A stretch of DNA of 62,771 nt, the filler included, from Chiloscyllium plagiosum (taxonomy: Eukaryota): the NCBI RefSeq assembly GCF_004010195.1. It is 6 parts of one record of this genome, joined end to end, with 100 filler letters (N's around TTAATTAATTAA, not from the genome) between each part and the next. Parts side by side here need not be neighbours in the genome. Positions count along the whole stretch, not along the records: positions 9,262 to 30,346 come from NC_057710.1; 5 more parts are not named here. One strand, given 5' to 3'. Shown one piece after another: positions 11,835-24,478 of the stretch. Under the pieces are notes generated by a model, which worked only from the letters and a program-made list of their open reading frames with translations, did no database searches and was not told where the DNA came from. The position numbers were made by a program, and so were the translations under genes. Positions within the stretch are counted from its first letter, which is position 1, and each line of letters opens with the position of its first letter.

Positions 11835-12390
11835 ACCCACACACTGGTTATCCCACACTGGACCCCCAGTCACACATACTGGTTATCCCACACTGGACCC
11901 TACTCACAAACATTGGCTGTTCCACACTGGACTGTACTTACACACAGTGGGTCTCCCACGCTGGACCACAATCGTCCACACTGGCTCTCCTACACAGGAC
12001 TCCACTCACACACACTGGACTGCACTCCCTTTGCTGGCTATCCCGCACTGGACCCCACTCACCTCCACTGGCTATCCCATACTGGACCCCACTCACACAC
12101 ACTGGCTGTCCCATGCTGGACCCCACTCACACACTGGCTGTCCCACACTGGACCCCACTCACACACACTGGCTGTCCCACACTGGACCCCACTCACACAC
12201 ACTGGCTGTCCCACACTGGACCCAACTTACACACACTGGCTGTCCCACACTGGACTGCACTCACATATGGTGGGTCTACCACAATCATCCACACTGGCTC
12301 TCCTTCACAGGGCCCCACTCACACACACTGGACTGCACTCTTCCACACTGGCTGTCCTATACTGGGCCCCAATCATCTGCACTGGCTCAC
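11835..12390. repeat. ~32-34-bp minisatellite built from CACACTGG half-units
   Basis: cacactggctgtcccacactggaccccactca(ca); most regular at 12060-12250. Confidence 0.95.
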
Positions 12391-12454
12391 CTTTGTGGAA
12401 TTCTGGCCAATCAGAGCATTCTTGTGGAATAGCCAATCAAGGCTACACAGAAGT

Positions 12455-12550
12455 TTTGTTTATTCATTTGTGGGATGTGAGTGTTGTTGGTTGGCCAGTA
12501 TTTATTAACCATCCGTAGCTACCCTTAAGAAGGACATCTTCTCACCCACA
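12455..12550 (-). mobile_element. 3' tail fragment of second LINE family
   Basis: tttattcatttgtgggatgtgagtgttgttggttggccagtatttatt resembles 6467-6545. Confidence 0.6.
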
Positions 12551-13850
12551 AGAATGACAAGGGCTTCTTTGACTCTGCTGCATCAAAAGATGCCACCATA
12601 TGAGATCATGCTACCAAATAAATCTATCCCCTGCCCCAACACACCTTTTACCAATAAACAGGTATCAGACAACAAGACTGGGATAAACAGTTAAGTCTAA
12701 ATTTTCTTATGTAACACATAAATTAATTCACTTTGAGTGTTCCTACATAACGCATTCTGAAAGATTTTAATAATTTACCCAGTCAGGTTGGCCCACACCA
12801 CAGCAGTATCACACTGCAATGCTAAATAAAGTTCAATTCACCTATTACTTAGCTGACTGACTTGGAAAGAGAAATGCTTTACTAACCCCCTTTTGGATAG
12901 AAAATCTACTTTAGCAGCATCACCATCACAGTAATTACAATAAAAGCAAATGCAATCTTTATATTGATCTACAACTGTTAAAAATGGCCAAATGTCTCCT
13001 ACTGTGCCATAACTTATATGTGGGGAAGGTAAAGTCAACATAGTCTTACCAGACCATAAGGCTGCTCTGTCTAGTACAAGGTTTGTTAGCTCAGTTAGCT
13101 AACTGATTTTCCATGTGAATTTCTCGACCAATCAGTGTCCACTTGCCAAGTGATCCACTCTCTTCTCTTGCATTATGAAATATTGTTCCCCTTTACATTA
13201 ATATTTCTTGCAAATGTCCTAAGAGTGCAAGACAAGAAACTTCCTCAAAACTACTCTTTTTTCAGTAATTAAACATTGTATTCTGACTTTTACAAGTACA
13301 TGTTAACTGAATGCACCATAATCTGCCGATTGCAAATAGGCAAAGGGAAGTGCTGTTTGATATGATCCACCAGTCATTGGGATGTGCAGCCTACATACTT
13401 GGCATCACACCAGTGCTGAAATAGATTTGTCGTGTTATGTGTTATTGTACAGTACATGCTGTTAAATAATATTAGCTCTGACCTTTTATCCCTTGAGAAG
13501 GAATCATACTCCTTTGTTGTCTGTCTAATTTGGGAATTAATTTTCAACAGTACTTTTGTAGTGTTCAGAATAATTTATATTCGCCTTTCAAATATTCAGT
13601 TGGTAGCACTTGAGTGTTGCTGAGGAAAGACAAATTTTATTGAAACTTTCATTGTGTAATTATCAAAACAATTTGCAAGAATGTCAATGGAAGGGGAAAC
13701 CAACATTTAAACTGTCAGAGGAGAAAGTGCCAGTAGTTGACAAGAGGTCTCTAATGGGCAGAGGCATTGCCGTGGAGAATACATCAGTTAATGATGGGTG
13801 ACAAAGCAACCAAGTTTTGTTTATGTATTAAACCAGACAGTTTGACATAG

Positions 13851-14578
13851 GGAGTGTTGCTGAACAAAGAGACCATGGAGTGCAGGTTCATAACTCCTTT
13901 GAAAGTGGAGTCACAGGTAGATAGGATAGTGAAGAAGGCATTTGGGTTGCTTTCCTTTATTGGTCAGAGTATTGAGTACAGGAGTTGGGAGGTCATGTTG
14001 CGTCTGGACAGATCATTGGTTAGGCCACTTTTGGAATATTGCATGCAATTCTGGTCTCCTTCCTATCGGAAAGATGTTGTGAAATGTGAAAGAGTTCAGA
14101 AAAGATTTGCAAGGATGTTGCCAGAGTTGGAGGATTTGAGCTATATGGAGAGGTTGAATAGGCGAGGGCTGTTTTCCCTGGACCATTGGAGGCTGAGGGG
14201 TGACCTTATAGAGGTTTACAAAATTATGAGGGGCATGGATAGGATAAATAGACAAAGTCTTTTCCCTGGGGTGGGGGAGTCCAGAACTAGGGGGCATAGA
14301 TTTAAGGTGAAAGGGGGAAAATATAAAAGAAACCTAAGGGGCAACGTTTGCACGCAGAGGGTTGTGCTGTGTATGAAATGAGCTGCCAGAGGAAATGGTG
14401 GAGGCTAGTACAATTGCAGCATTTAAAAAGCATTTGGATGGGTATATGAATAGGAAGGGTTTGGAGGGATATGGGCCAGGTGCTGGCAGGTGGGACTAGA
14501 TTGGGTTGGGATATCTGGTCAGCATGGATGAGTTGGACCGAAGGGTCTGTTTCCATGCTGTACATCTCTATGACTCTA
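13851..14578 (+). mobile_element. CR1-clade LINE 3' fragment
   Basis: RPLLEYCMQFWSP...RGDLIEVYKIM; tail ...ggaccgaagggtctgtttccatgctgtacatctctatgactct. Confidence 0.95.
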
Positions 14579-15560
14579 ATCGTACAAGGAATTGCCCTGA
14601 GGGATGAGCCAGTGAATGGCTGTAACCTATTTTGTTGAGTTGAAACAAGCACAGTATGTGTCCATGTCCTCTCTGCCTACAAACACAGGTCCATGTGTAT
14701 TAATGTATGCAGCTTCCAATGCACCAGACAGTGAGCTGAACTGAAAGGTCTAAATTTGTGTCATTCTTTGCACATTCAGTAATATTGAGCAGACATATCA
14801 GCACCGTAGTGCATGAAAGACATACCTTTCAGATATTATGCATGATCTCTGCTGGATTACAACGTGGTGAAATGTTGCCTTGTGATTCCCTCACTAATGC
14901 AATTGGTCAACACATTAAAAGCTTCCAAATTGTTGAAAGATATGCCTGTTTCCAATTTTATCAAGACAATGACTTGATTTCAATTTCTGCTGTGTGGAAT
15001 AGTTTAAAGCAATGTAAGATGCATGAACATTAATGAAATATTGCTTAAAACTTCACATGGGGTCTTTGAGACTCCACAGGAGATGTTGAGGAAACACTAT
15101 GCTCAAGTGGAGTACTTTTCCAATAACTTCCTGATGCATCACAGCATCTGTGGTTCAGTCTCCAGTTCATAAAATCTGACAAAAAGCTGCATGAATTTCA
15201 CACACTTACTGAAGATGTAGTTGCTATGAATCAGAATCCAGGAGATCCCATACATTACAGCCCTGACACATCATCATAACTACCATAGTTCATAAGTTTT
15301 AATTATTTATTTATGTTACTCATTTACTGATGTTGTCTTGTACATAGATTTTAAAATTTTACCACCAATTTGTAAATTATGTCAAAAATTATTAATAGAA
15401 AACACCTTAACCACTGATCAAAGACTAACGAATCATTTAGCTCCTTTCTCTGCAGGATCGCAAGAATAAATTCTCTAATTAATCTTGTCTTGTTTCTAAC
15501 TGAAATTTTTTGCAAAAATATACTTTATTTGTAAAAAAAATCCATAAGTACATACAGAAA

Positions 15561-15928
15561 TATAAAATCATGAAGGGCATGGATAGGGTAAATAGACAAG
15601 GTCTTTTCACTGGGATGGGGGAGTCCAGAACTAGAGGGTATAGGTTTAGGGTGAGAAGGGAAACATTTAAAAGAGACGTAAGGGGCAACCTTTTCACACA
15701 GAGGGTGGTGGGATATGGAATGAGCTGCCACAGGAAGTGGTGGAGGCTGGTACAATTATAACATTTAAAAGGCATCTGGATGGGTATATGAATAGGAAGT
15801 GTTTAGAGGATTATGGGCCTAATGCTGGCAAATGGAACTAGATTAGGTTAGGATATCTGGCCGGCAAGAACTAATTAGACTGAAGGGTCTATTTCCACAC
15901 TGTATAGCTCTATGACTCTATGACTCTA
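15561..15928 (+). mobile_element. CR1 3' end nested in the Tx1-like 3' UTR
   Basis: YKIMKGMDRV...FTQRVV; (ctatgact)n tail. Confidence 0.9.
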
Positions 15929-17026
15929 AAAAGGCCTAAAATAATTCTCTATAGTCATTGCAGAGAAAGTGCAAACTTCAGAACTCCCTTGCAGTTGCAA
16001 AATAAAGGCATGTTCTGCTTAAGCAGGAAACTATTTACATTCATTCTGAGGCATTTAGGGGGCCTGAGAACTGAATGGGCTCTCATTATACTTTGGCAGA
16101 AATACTTTAGATTGTGGTCTTTCCGCACTGTCCCTTAGCAGCAGCTGTCCAAAACTTTAGTGCATCCCTCAGCACATAATCCTGAAGTTCGGAATATGCC
16201 AGTTTGTCGAAGTCAGAAGGAGGTGTGTAACAGTTATCCCCCCCCCACCCCTCCCCACCCACCCACCCCCACCCCCACTCCACCCCCGCAGCCACATTAA
16301 GGTCAGTGCACAGTGGCAGAGAAACATTTGGAGTGCATGAAGGATCTTGGAGCATGTTGGAAAGTTCTGGCAATGGGGTATTCTGCCAAATGACTTTGAT
16401 GGTCTTTTCAAGGAACCACCAGAAAGAATCCTCCCTCTCCTTTTCTTGCAGGGTCGCGAAGATGCTATGTGCTGACCACTGCCCAATGGACTTGTCGTCA
16501 CAGGTGCTTTTCTTTTGCACACTTTTCTGCAAGGAACAGGTAACATGGAACGGTCCAACAATTTGGAGCATTGCACAACAATAAAATCAGACCCATCCTT
16601 CTCAATACCAGAGACAGATAAAATCTAGAATGTGGTGATACTTGGTGTTTGTATACTAAACATGTATGTACACCCCCAAAGGTGACCATCAAGGTGAGGG
16701 CAGTGTTGGGTACTTTCTTCCATCCCTAATCCAGAGTTTTGTACATGGTGTCCCTTGCATATGGACTAGCTTTGACCTTCAGGTGAAGTGGAAGATGGCT
16801 TGGGTGACTGTAACAGAGCAGGTTCAGGGAATAGACCAAACCCATGCCACATATAACGACAGAGAGTACCTCACTCCTGATTACGAGATTTTTACCTGCA
16901 ATGGAGAGGAAGCAGTGCTCCCTAAAACCCAGGGGAGAAAGTGAGATCTGCAGATGCTGGAGATCAGAGCTGAAAATGTGTTGCTGGAAAAGCGCAGCAG
17001 GTCAGGCAGCATCCAGGGAACAGGAG

Positions 17027-17059
17027 AATCGACGTTTCGGGCATAAGCCCTTCTTCAGG
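17027..17059 (-). ncRNA. Minimal hammerhead-like motif (family A)
   Basis: C-CUGAAGA-A-GGGC-UUAU-GCCC-GAAA-C-GUC-GAUU. Confidence 0.7.
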
Positions 17060-17425
17060 TTGACTTTGAAAGATAAAAACCCATGACAATTCTGCAAATC
17101 CCTGCCTTTGATCAGTGTCATTAAATAATACAGCAGATGCCCACAGAACGTGATTTGAGACTGCGGTGTTATTCACTCCATTGTCACTGCTGTTTTCCAA
17201 CAGCTCAAAGTCATTTAATAACTGAGTCATTTGTCTCAGTCAAATCCATCGAATTCAGCACCGCCTTCCTAACCTGCAATCTTCTTCCCGACCTCTCCGC
17301 CCCCACCCCAGTCTGACCTATCACCCTCACCTTGACCTCTTTCCACCTATCACATTTCCGACGCCCCTCCCCCAGGTCCCTCCTCCCTACCTTTTATCTT
17401 AGCCTGCTGGACAAACTTTCCTCAT

Positions 17426-17458
17426 TCCTGAAGAAGGGCTTATGCCCGAAACATCGAT
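17426..17458 (+). ncRNA. Minimal hammerhead-like motif (family A)
   Basis: UC-CUGAAGA-A-GGGC-UUAU-GCCC-GAAA-C-AUC-GA. Confidence 0.65.
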
Positions 17459-18159
17459 TCTCCTGTTCCCTGGATGCTGCCTGACCTGCTGCGCTTTTCC
17501 AGCAACACATTTTCATCCCTAAAACCCAGTCCTGCCTCACGTTGGTGGTATGGTCCACCCAAGTTTTATGCATTCCCCAACCCCCCTCCGAATCATATTC
17601 TCAGCAACTTCAGGAAATTTGTCCTGATGGTGAAGGGGATAAAGGATCGAACGGCCCAGTTCCCAATGAACATGTCCTCTCTCTTACTTCAATTTACCCT
17701 GGCTCCCGAGGTCAGTTTGCACTGGTTGCAGATGTCCATGAGTCTGTGCACTGAGCAGAAAACAGCGACGTCATTCATGTACAGGGAGACTTTACCTTCA
17801 GGCCTCTGCTGCCTGGGATAGTCACCCCTCTCAGGCTCATATCCTTTAGGAAAAGGCTCTATACAACATGTAACCAAGGCAGGATTAAGTGGGTGACCCT
17901 ATCTGACTCCAGATCTGATCTGGAAGCTTTCTGGTTCCCACTCATTGATTGAGACTGCACCACTGCTGTCGGTGCAAAGTAGTCAGAACCAATTGCAGAT
18001 TCCCCCGCCACATCCCATTTTGGAGAGCACTTTCCACATATAGGTGTATGATATCCTGTCAAAGGCCTTCTCCTCGTTCAGTCTTGCACATATCCTGAAG
18101 GAGTGTGAGTCTCTCAGAAAGCTGCCTGTCCAGTACAGCACAGCTTTATTTATCTTTTT

Positions 18160-18446
18160 ATTAGATTCTCTGCAATGTGGAAACAGGCTCTTCGGCCCAA
18201 CCAGTCCACACCGACCCTCCGAAGAGTAACCCACCCAGACCCATTTCCCTCTGACTAATGCACCTAACCTATGGGCAATTTAGCATGGCCAATTCACCTG
18301 ACCTGCATTACTTTGGACCGTGGGAGGAAACCGGAGCACCCAGAGGAAACCCTCGCAGACACGGGGAGAATGTGCAAACTCCACACAGCCCGAGGCTGGA
18401 ATCAAACCTGGGACCCTGGTGCTGTGAGGCAGCAGTGCTAACCACT
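18160..18446 (-). mobile_element. HE1-type V-SINE
   Basis: tRNA head, V-domain (gggtttcctc...ccggtttcctcccac), CR1-like tail. Confidence 0.9.
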
Positions 18447-18504
18447 CCAGAAGTTACATTAAAATATTCCTCGCTAGAGAAATCCTACAGACAGAAGTTT
18501 TCCT

Positions 18505-19250
18505 TTATTATGCAAAAATATACTTTATGCATAAAAAAATCTTTATGCACACACACAGTTAACAGCAGTTTAATTCTGCACAGTTTTTGCATATGAAGAA
18601 CAAACAAACATTGGAGTTTGACTTTCTCTACAGTTGCAACAAGCCCAAAGGTAATTCTTTCTTATGCAAGATATTATTTACATATATTTGAGGCACCGGA
18701 AGGGTCCGATAACTGGACATACCTCCATTTAACTAGGTAGAAGGATCTTAAACAGTGGTTTGTCTCCCCTCTGTGCTTTGGCAGCAGCTGCCCCAAGCTT
18801 TAATGTATTCTTCAGCACGTAGGCCTGGACCTTGGAATGTGCCAGCCTGCAACTCTCGGTCAAGGTCAATTCTTGACACTGGAAGACCAACAAGTTTCGG
18901 GCAGACTAAAACAGCATCTTTCACTGAGCTGCTGGTCCTCCAGGAGCAGTCGATATTTGCCTTGATGTCCATCCTGGGGAACAGACTGTAGAACAGAGTC
19001 CTGTGACACGGAGCTGCTCGGAATGAACCCCGACAAACACCACTGCATCTTTCTCCCGACTTCCTTTGCAACGGTATCCCACAGATAGAAAATATTTTCT
19101 GCTTGGAGCCCACAGCAATCCCGCAGGTTCCTCTTTGCAAGGAAGATCCAATTGACAGGCATACCTTTCCCCACCTTCTTCACAATCACCCTGACTGTTT
19201 TCTGGACATCCTGACCCAGGCCTTCGACACTTGCAGTGGACACTGAATTG
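18505..19250 (-). mobile_element. Tx1/L1-clade LINE 3' fragment
   Basis: MQWCLSGFIPSSSV, CSWRTSSSVKDA; homologous to ~15960-16220 including the tail. Confidence 0.75.
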
Positions 19251-19980
19251 ACGAGAGGCTGAAGCCAGCGTAAAGATCCACCAATAGCAACTCAGTTCAA
19301 CCTACGAACCTCAGAAATAATCTCAAAATCCAGCAAATGACTTGCAACTCAGGACTCACACCTGATCTTAGCCAAAGGGTTCATTTCTTGTCTGCTCCTC
19401 TCAGTACTGCTGACCGACTGTATCAAGATCATAATCTTGCTTATTCTTCACGGTGATGTTGACTGTCTGTCTCAGCATCCACACCTCATCCATTTATCTT
19501 ATTTGTAGTGTCTAATTGGGAGCAGACATGGATTTTATGTCGCAAAAGATTTTTAATTAAAACAAAAGGTTCTGCTTATTGAATTAACTCCGCTAGGTTT
19601 TAACATCAAATGCTGTGGCACCTACTGACTCCACTTTTATACTTATTGACCACCTTTGCTTCTTATTTTGGTTGTTTGAAGATCCTGTCCTCCTTGATGA
19701 AATACAAGCTCCCATAGCATACATTATTAGTCACATTTCTTGGATTTCTGGCTAACATTTCCTTTAACTTAAGCTTTTATGTCTCATTAACTGTTCTTCA
19801 GGTTCACAGATTACCAATGTGTACAAGCATGTGACATTCAACTCAAATATCTCTCTTGTTTTCTCTTTGGTGCAAGTGGTTATAACTTTCATGAACCATT
19901 TGTTCCCATTCTTGCTGCAAGCCCATCCAAAAAGCAATCTTCTTCTGGAAATTGGTCTTATGCTGCCTGTAAGGAGACAT

Positions 19981-20296
19981 GCTGACTCAGTGCTTGGCAC
20001 TGCTCCCTCCCAGTGCCAGGGACCCAGGTTCAATTCCAACCTCAGGTACCTGTCAGTGTGGAGTTTGTACATTCTCACTGTGTCCACGTGAATGCACTGG
20101 TTTCCTCCCACAGTCCAAAGATGTGCAGGTTAGGTGGATTGGCCATGCCAAATTGCCCCTACAGTCTGAGGATGTGCAGGCTAGGTGAATGAGCCATGGG
20201 AAATGTAGGGCTACAGGGGTGGGTCTGGTTGGGATGCTCTTCAGAGGGCCAGTATGGTCTGAATAGTCTACTTCCACACTGTAAGGATTCTATGAT
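19981..20296 (+). mobile_element. HE1-type V-SINE, diverged
   Basis: gacccaggttcaattcc B-box, V-domain, duplicated gatgtgcagg block. Confidence 0.85.
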
Positions 20297-20439
20297 TGGG
20301 TTGTCAAAAAAATGGGATGAGCTTTTTCAGAAGAGGATCGAGCCGCCTCACTACCATTGCAGAAGGTGGGACCCAACCTCATTCCAATCGGCTATGGGCA
20401 GCAATTTGTCAGCGGGTGGGGAATTAGAAGCAATTTGAA

Positions 20440-21330
20440 AAACACAGAAAACATATTTGAGATGGAATTGGTAGCCCCTTGGGCACAATGGGAATTGCTG
20501 AGTAAGAGCCAGTTTGGGTTTCTGTGGAGGAATAATGTTTTACCAACTTGCTGGAGCCATATAAAGAGGTAGTGAAAAGGATCAATGAAGGTGCTGCTGT
20601 TGATGTGGTGTGCATGAAGTTTCAAAAGACATTTGATACAATGTCACACAACAGACTTGTGAGAAGGTTGTAGCCCATACAATAAAAGGGACAGTAGTGA
20701 GACAATCTGCCATTGCCAGGTATTAGTCTGGTAAATCTTCTCTGAAATGCCTCCAATACATCTACATTCTTCCTTAGAAAGGGGAACATTACTGTGTACA
20801 CCAGTACACGGTGCACACCACATCTGCAGACCTGCAGCATAACCTTCCTACTTTTGTTTCAATAAATAATAATATTTAATCAGCTTTCCTAATTAATTCC
20901 GAACGGACCTGCATAATGTGCTTTGCCAAACAGATTAACCTGCATTTCAGAGCTCCGCAGTCTCTCTGCTTTCAATTTTATATGTTTCCTTTTTATTCTT
21001 TCTTTCAAAATATACAATTTCACATTTTCCCACATACTTCTTCATTTGTTAGATCTTTGCTCACTCACTTAAACTATCCATATCTTTTCATAGCTTTCCT
21101 ATCACTGCTTCACAATTTATTTTCTTAACAATCTTTATGTCATCAGCAAACTTAGCAAACGTACCTTCAGTTCCTCAATATAATTCATTTGTACAATTTG
21201 TAAAAAAGTTGAAGATCCATCACTGATCCTTATAGCAAAGTTTAATAACTTACTACATCTCACCTAACAGTAAAATGATACTTTTAGTACTATTCTCTGT
21301 TTCCTATAAGCTAGCTATCATCTATCCATA
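20440..21330. mobile_element. Old CR1 RT remnants in both orientations
   Basis: + 20440-20700 (QFGF, KTFD-like); - 20710-21330 (FLRKNVDVLEAFQRRFTRLIPG). Confidence 0.65.
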
Positions 21331-21369
21331 TTACCCTCTACACAATGAGCTTTTATTTTCTATAACCAG

Positions 21370-21556
21370 GATGTGGAGGTGCTGGTGTTGGACTGGGTGG
21401 ACAAAGTTAAAAATCACACAACGCCAGGTTATAGTCCAACAGATTTATTTGGAAGTACTTGCTTTCACAGCGCTGCTCCTTCAGAAGGAACAGTGCTCCG
21501 AAAGCTAGTGCTTCAAAATAAACCTGTTGGACTCTGACCTGATGTTGTGTGATTTT
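21370..21556. mobile_element. Penelope-like family C, head-to-head palindromic insertion
   Basis: ~73-bp imperfect inverted arms centred on ccttca|gaagg at ~21483; homologous to 35474-35712. Confidence 0.75.
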
Positions 21557-21624
21557 CTGTAATAACATCTAATCAACATCTTAAGTGTCTGCTGGAAATC
21601 CAAGTACAGTACACTTGTCATAAT

Positions 21625-23905
21625 GTCATAGACTCCTATAGCACAGAGGCAGACCTTTAGCCCAAACTGGTCCATGCCAACCAAAATGTCCATCCACGCT
21701 CACCCCATTTCCCTGCACTTGGCCCATATCCTTCCAACCCTTTCTTTTCCATGCATTTGCCCAAATACCTTTTAAATGTTGTCAATGTACCTGGCTTGAC
21801 CACTTCTGGTAGCTTATTCCGTATGCGTACCACCCTCTGTGTAAAAAGGTTGAATCTCAGGTTCCCTTTTATTCTTTCGCCTCTAACCTTAAACTGATGC
21901 TCTCTAATCTTTGATTACCCAACCGTGGGAAAAAAACTGAGTCCATTCACCCTATCCATGCCTCTCATAATCTTATACACTTCTATAAGGACCCCCTCAT
22001 TCTCCTACACTCAAAAGAAAAAAGTTCTAGTTTGTCCAAAATCTCCCTATAACTCAGACCATTGAGTCCAGGCAACATCTATGTAAATTTCATCTGCACT
22101 CTTTCCAGTTTAATAACATCTTTCCATTAACAAATTGACTAAAACTGAACACTGTACTCAAAGTGCGACCTCACCAACATCCTCTACAACTGCAAATTAA
22201 CTTCTCAACTGCTATACTTGATGTCCTATACTCAATGATGAAGACCAGTGTGCCAAAAGCATTCTTCACTGCCCTGTCTACCTGTGACTCTATTTTCAGA
22301 GAACTGTGAACCTGAACTCCAAGATCCCTTTCTTCCACTACGCTCCTTAAGGCCCTACCATTCACCATGAAACTCCTGCCTTGATTTGACTTTCCAAAAT
22401 GCAAGATCTCACATGTATCTCTATTAAACTCCATTTACCATTTCTCAGCCCACTTGCCCAGCTGACCAAGGTCCTGCTGCAATTTCCAATAACCTTTCTC
22501 ACTGTCCATGATATCGCCTATTTTAGTGTCATCTGCAAACTTACTAATCATGCCTTGTACATTCTTATCCAAATCATTGATATTGATAACAAACAGCAAT
22601 GGGCCCAGCACTGACCCCTGAGGCACTCCCCTAGCCACAGGCCCCCAGTCCAACAAGCATCCATCCACCATTACCACCTGCTTCCTCCCATCAAGCCAAT
22701 TTTGTATCCCATTTGACCTAACCTTCCAGAACAGCCTGCCATGTGAGGCCTTACTGAAATCCATGTAGACCATGTCTACTGCCCTGCCCTCGTCAACCTT
22801 CCCGGTTACTTCATCAAAGAACCTGAACAAATTTGTGAGGCATGATCTCCCACTCACAAAACTGTATTGACTACTACTAAACAAACCAGCTCAGTGGTTA
22901 GCACTGCTGCCTCACAGCACCAGAGACCCAGGTTCAATTCCCACCTCAGGCGACTGTCTGTCCCTGTGTTTGCATGGGTTTCCTCTGGATGCTCTGGTTT
23001 CCTCCCACAATCCAAAGATGTGCCAGTCAGGTGAATTGGCCATGCTAAATTGCCTACAATGTTAGGTGCATTACTCAGGGGTAAATATAGGGTAGGGGAA
23101 TAGGTCTGGGTGGTTTACTCTTCGAAGGGTCGGTGTGGACTTGTTGGGCTGAAGGGCCGGCTTTCATACTGTAGGGAGTCTAATCTAAAAAAGCCCTGTC
23201 ATTCCAAATGCATGTATATCTTATCCCTCAAACTCTTCTCGAGTACTTACTTGTCAAAGCTTACTGGCCTATAGATCGCAGGCTTTTCTTTGCAACCCTT
23301 CTTGAATAAAGGCTCAACATTTGCTACCGTCAAATCTTCTGGGACCTCACCCGTGGCTAACAATGAAGCAAAAATATCAGCCAGGGCCCCCACAATATTT
23401 TTCTCTAGCCTCTTGCAGTGTTCTTGAATACATCTGGTCAGGACCAGGAGATTTATCCACTTTCATACATTCTAATACATCCAACACTTCCTCTGCTGTG
23501 TTATAGACTGTCCCCAGGATATAACCACTAAGTCCCCCAAGTTCTCAAGTCTTCATATCTTTCTCCACAGTAAACACAAGAGAAATATTCTTTGAAGACC
23601 CCACCCATCTCCTGTGGTTCTACACATATATGTCCACTTTTGTCGTTGAGGGGCCCTATTCTCTCTCTAGTTATTCCTTTTTCTTTAGTATACTTAAAGA
23701 ACCTCTTTTGATTCACCCTAATCTTCTCAGCCTAGGCTATTTTGTGTCCCCTTTTTGTCCTCCTGATTGCATTCTTCAGTAAACTCCTGTATTCCCTCTA
23801 TACCTCCAGGGATTCCCTTGATCCCAGCTACCTGTACCTGAGCCACGCCTGCCTTTTTTCTGGTCAAGGTCTCAATATGCCTTGTCATCCAGGGTTCCCT
23901 ATTTC
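21625..23905 (-). mobile_element. CR1-clade LINE, interrupted by HE1
   Basis: GRSCLTNL, MDFSKA, GVPQGSVLGPLLF, SKFADDTKIG; many disablements. Confidence 0.95.
22889..23187 (+). mobile_element. HE1-type V-SINE
   Basis: gctcagtggttagcactgctgcctcacagc...ggttcaattccc; (taatc) tail. Confidence 0.9.
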
Positions 23906-24132
23906 CTGTTTACTTATATCCTATAAAGACATGCAAACACCTGTTCAATTCATTCACCATCTAATCTTCCATTATTATATCCCCAGACTCTCTTTCTATG
24001 AGACCAATGCTCACTTCATTAACTTCTTTTTTGATTTATAAAATCTCATACATCTTTCTTAATAGATCAATCTAGCTTACGTTTGAGTGACATTTTTCTC
24101 TCCAGTGTCAGGAAAACTTTGTTATTTTTATA

Positions 24133-24262
24133 AAACAAAGAAAATTGGGATGTTAGAGATCTGAATTAAAGACAGAAAGTGTTGGAGAAACTCAGCAGAT
24201 CTGGCAGCATCAATGGAAAAAAGGCCGAGTTAACATTTCGAGTCTGGTAATTATTCAGCAGA
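24133..24262 (-). mobile_element. Penelope-like terminal repeat, family B, degenerate
   Basis: ggagaaactcagcagatctggcagcatc...gagttaacatttcgagtc. Confidence 0.65.
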
Positions 24263-24478
24263 ATAGGCAGAAGTAGCAAATATGGTTTCATTCAAAAAGT
24301 CACATTTATATCTACTATTACTTGTCTCTCTTCTCTATTCTAGCCACATATAAGAGTTTCTAATGGCCCATGTACTATTATTTTGAATCAAAGTCCCTGC
24401 TGTCTAATTACTATAGTTAGCTGTATTTCACCAGTACAGAAATGCTTTAGAAGAATCAGAAAATAGAGCAATCATTCT

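Larger units (their letters stand above)
16933..17515. mobile_element. Penelope-like insertion with inverted pLTR arms and 14-bp TSD
   Basis: TSD tccctaaaacccag at 16919-16932 and 17516-17529; arms 16971-17059 and 17427-17515 are inverted, 88/89 identical. Confidence 0.9.
15505..18145 (-). mobile_element. Degenerate Tx1/L1-clade LINE, interrupted by CR1 and Penelope-like insertions
   Basis: EKAFDRISYTYMWKVLSKMG, SLYMNDVAVFCS...SGARVN, C-terminal QDYVLRDALK; tail aataaagtatatttttgcaaaa. Confidence 0.75.

Noticed and set aside
11768..12518. Long His/Thr-rich ORFs as a protein gene
   Set aside because: All three forward frames are open because the minisatellite lacks stop codons; there are no splice or domain signals.
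13120..13270. Possible fourth PLE terminus with a decayed hammerhead (gtcctaagagtgcaagacaagaaac)
   Set aside because: The core boxes are not intact and there is no second copy in the window to confirm it.
16238..16290. C-rich tract as a functional G-quadruplex
   Set aside because: Simple-sequence expansion inside a dead LINE; nothing supports function.
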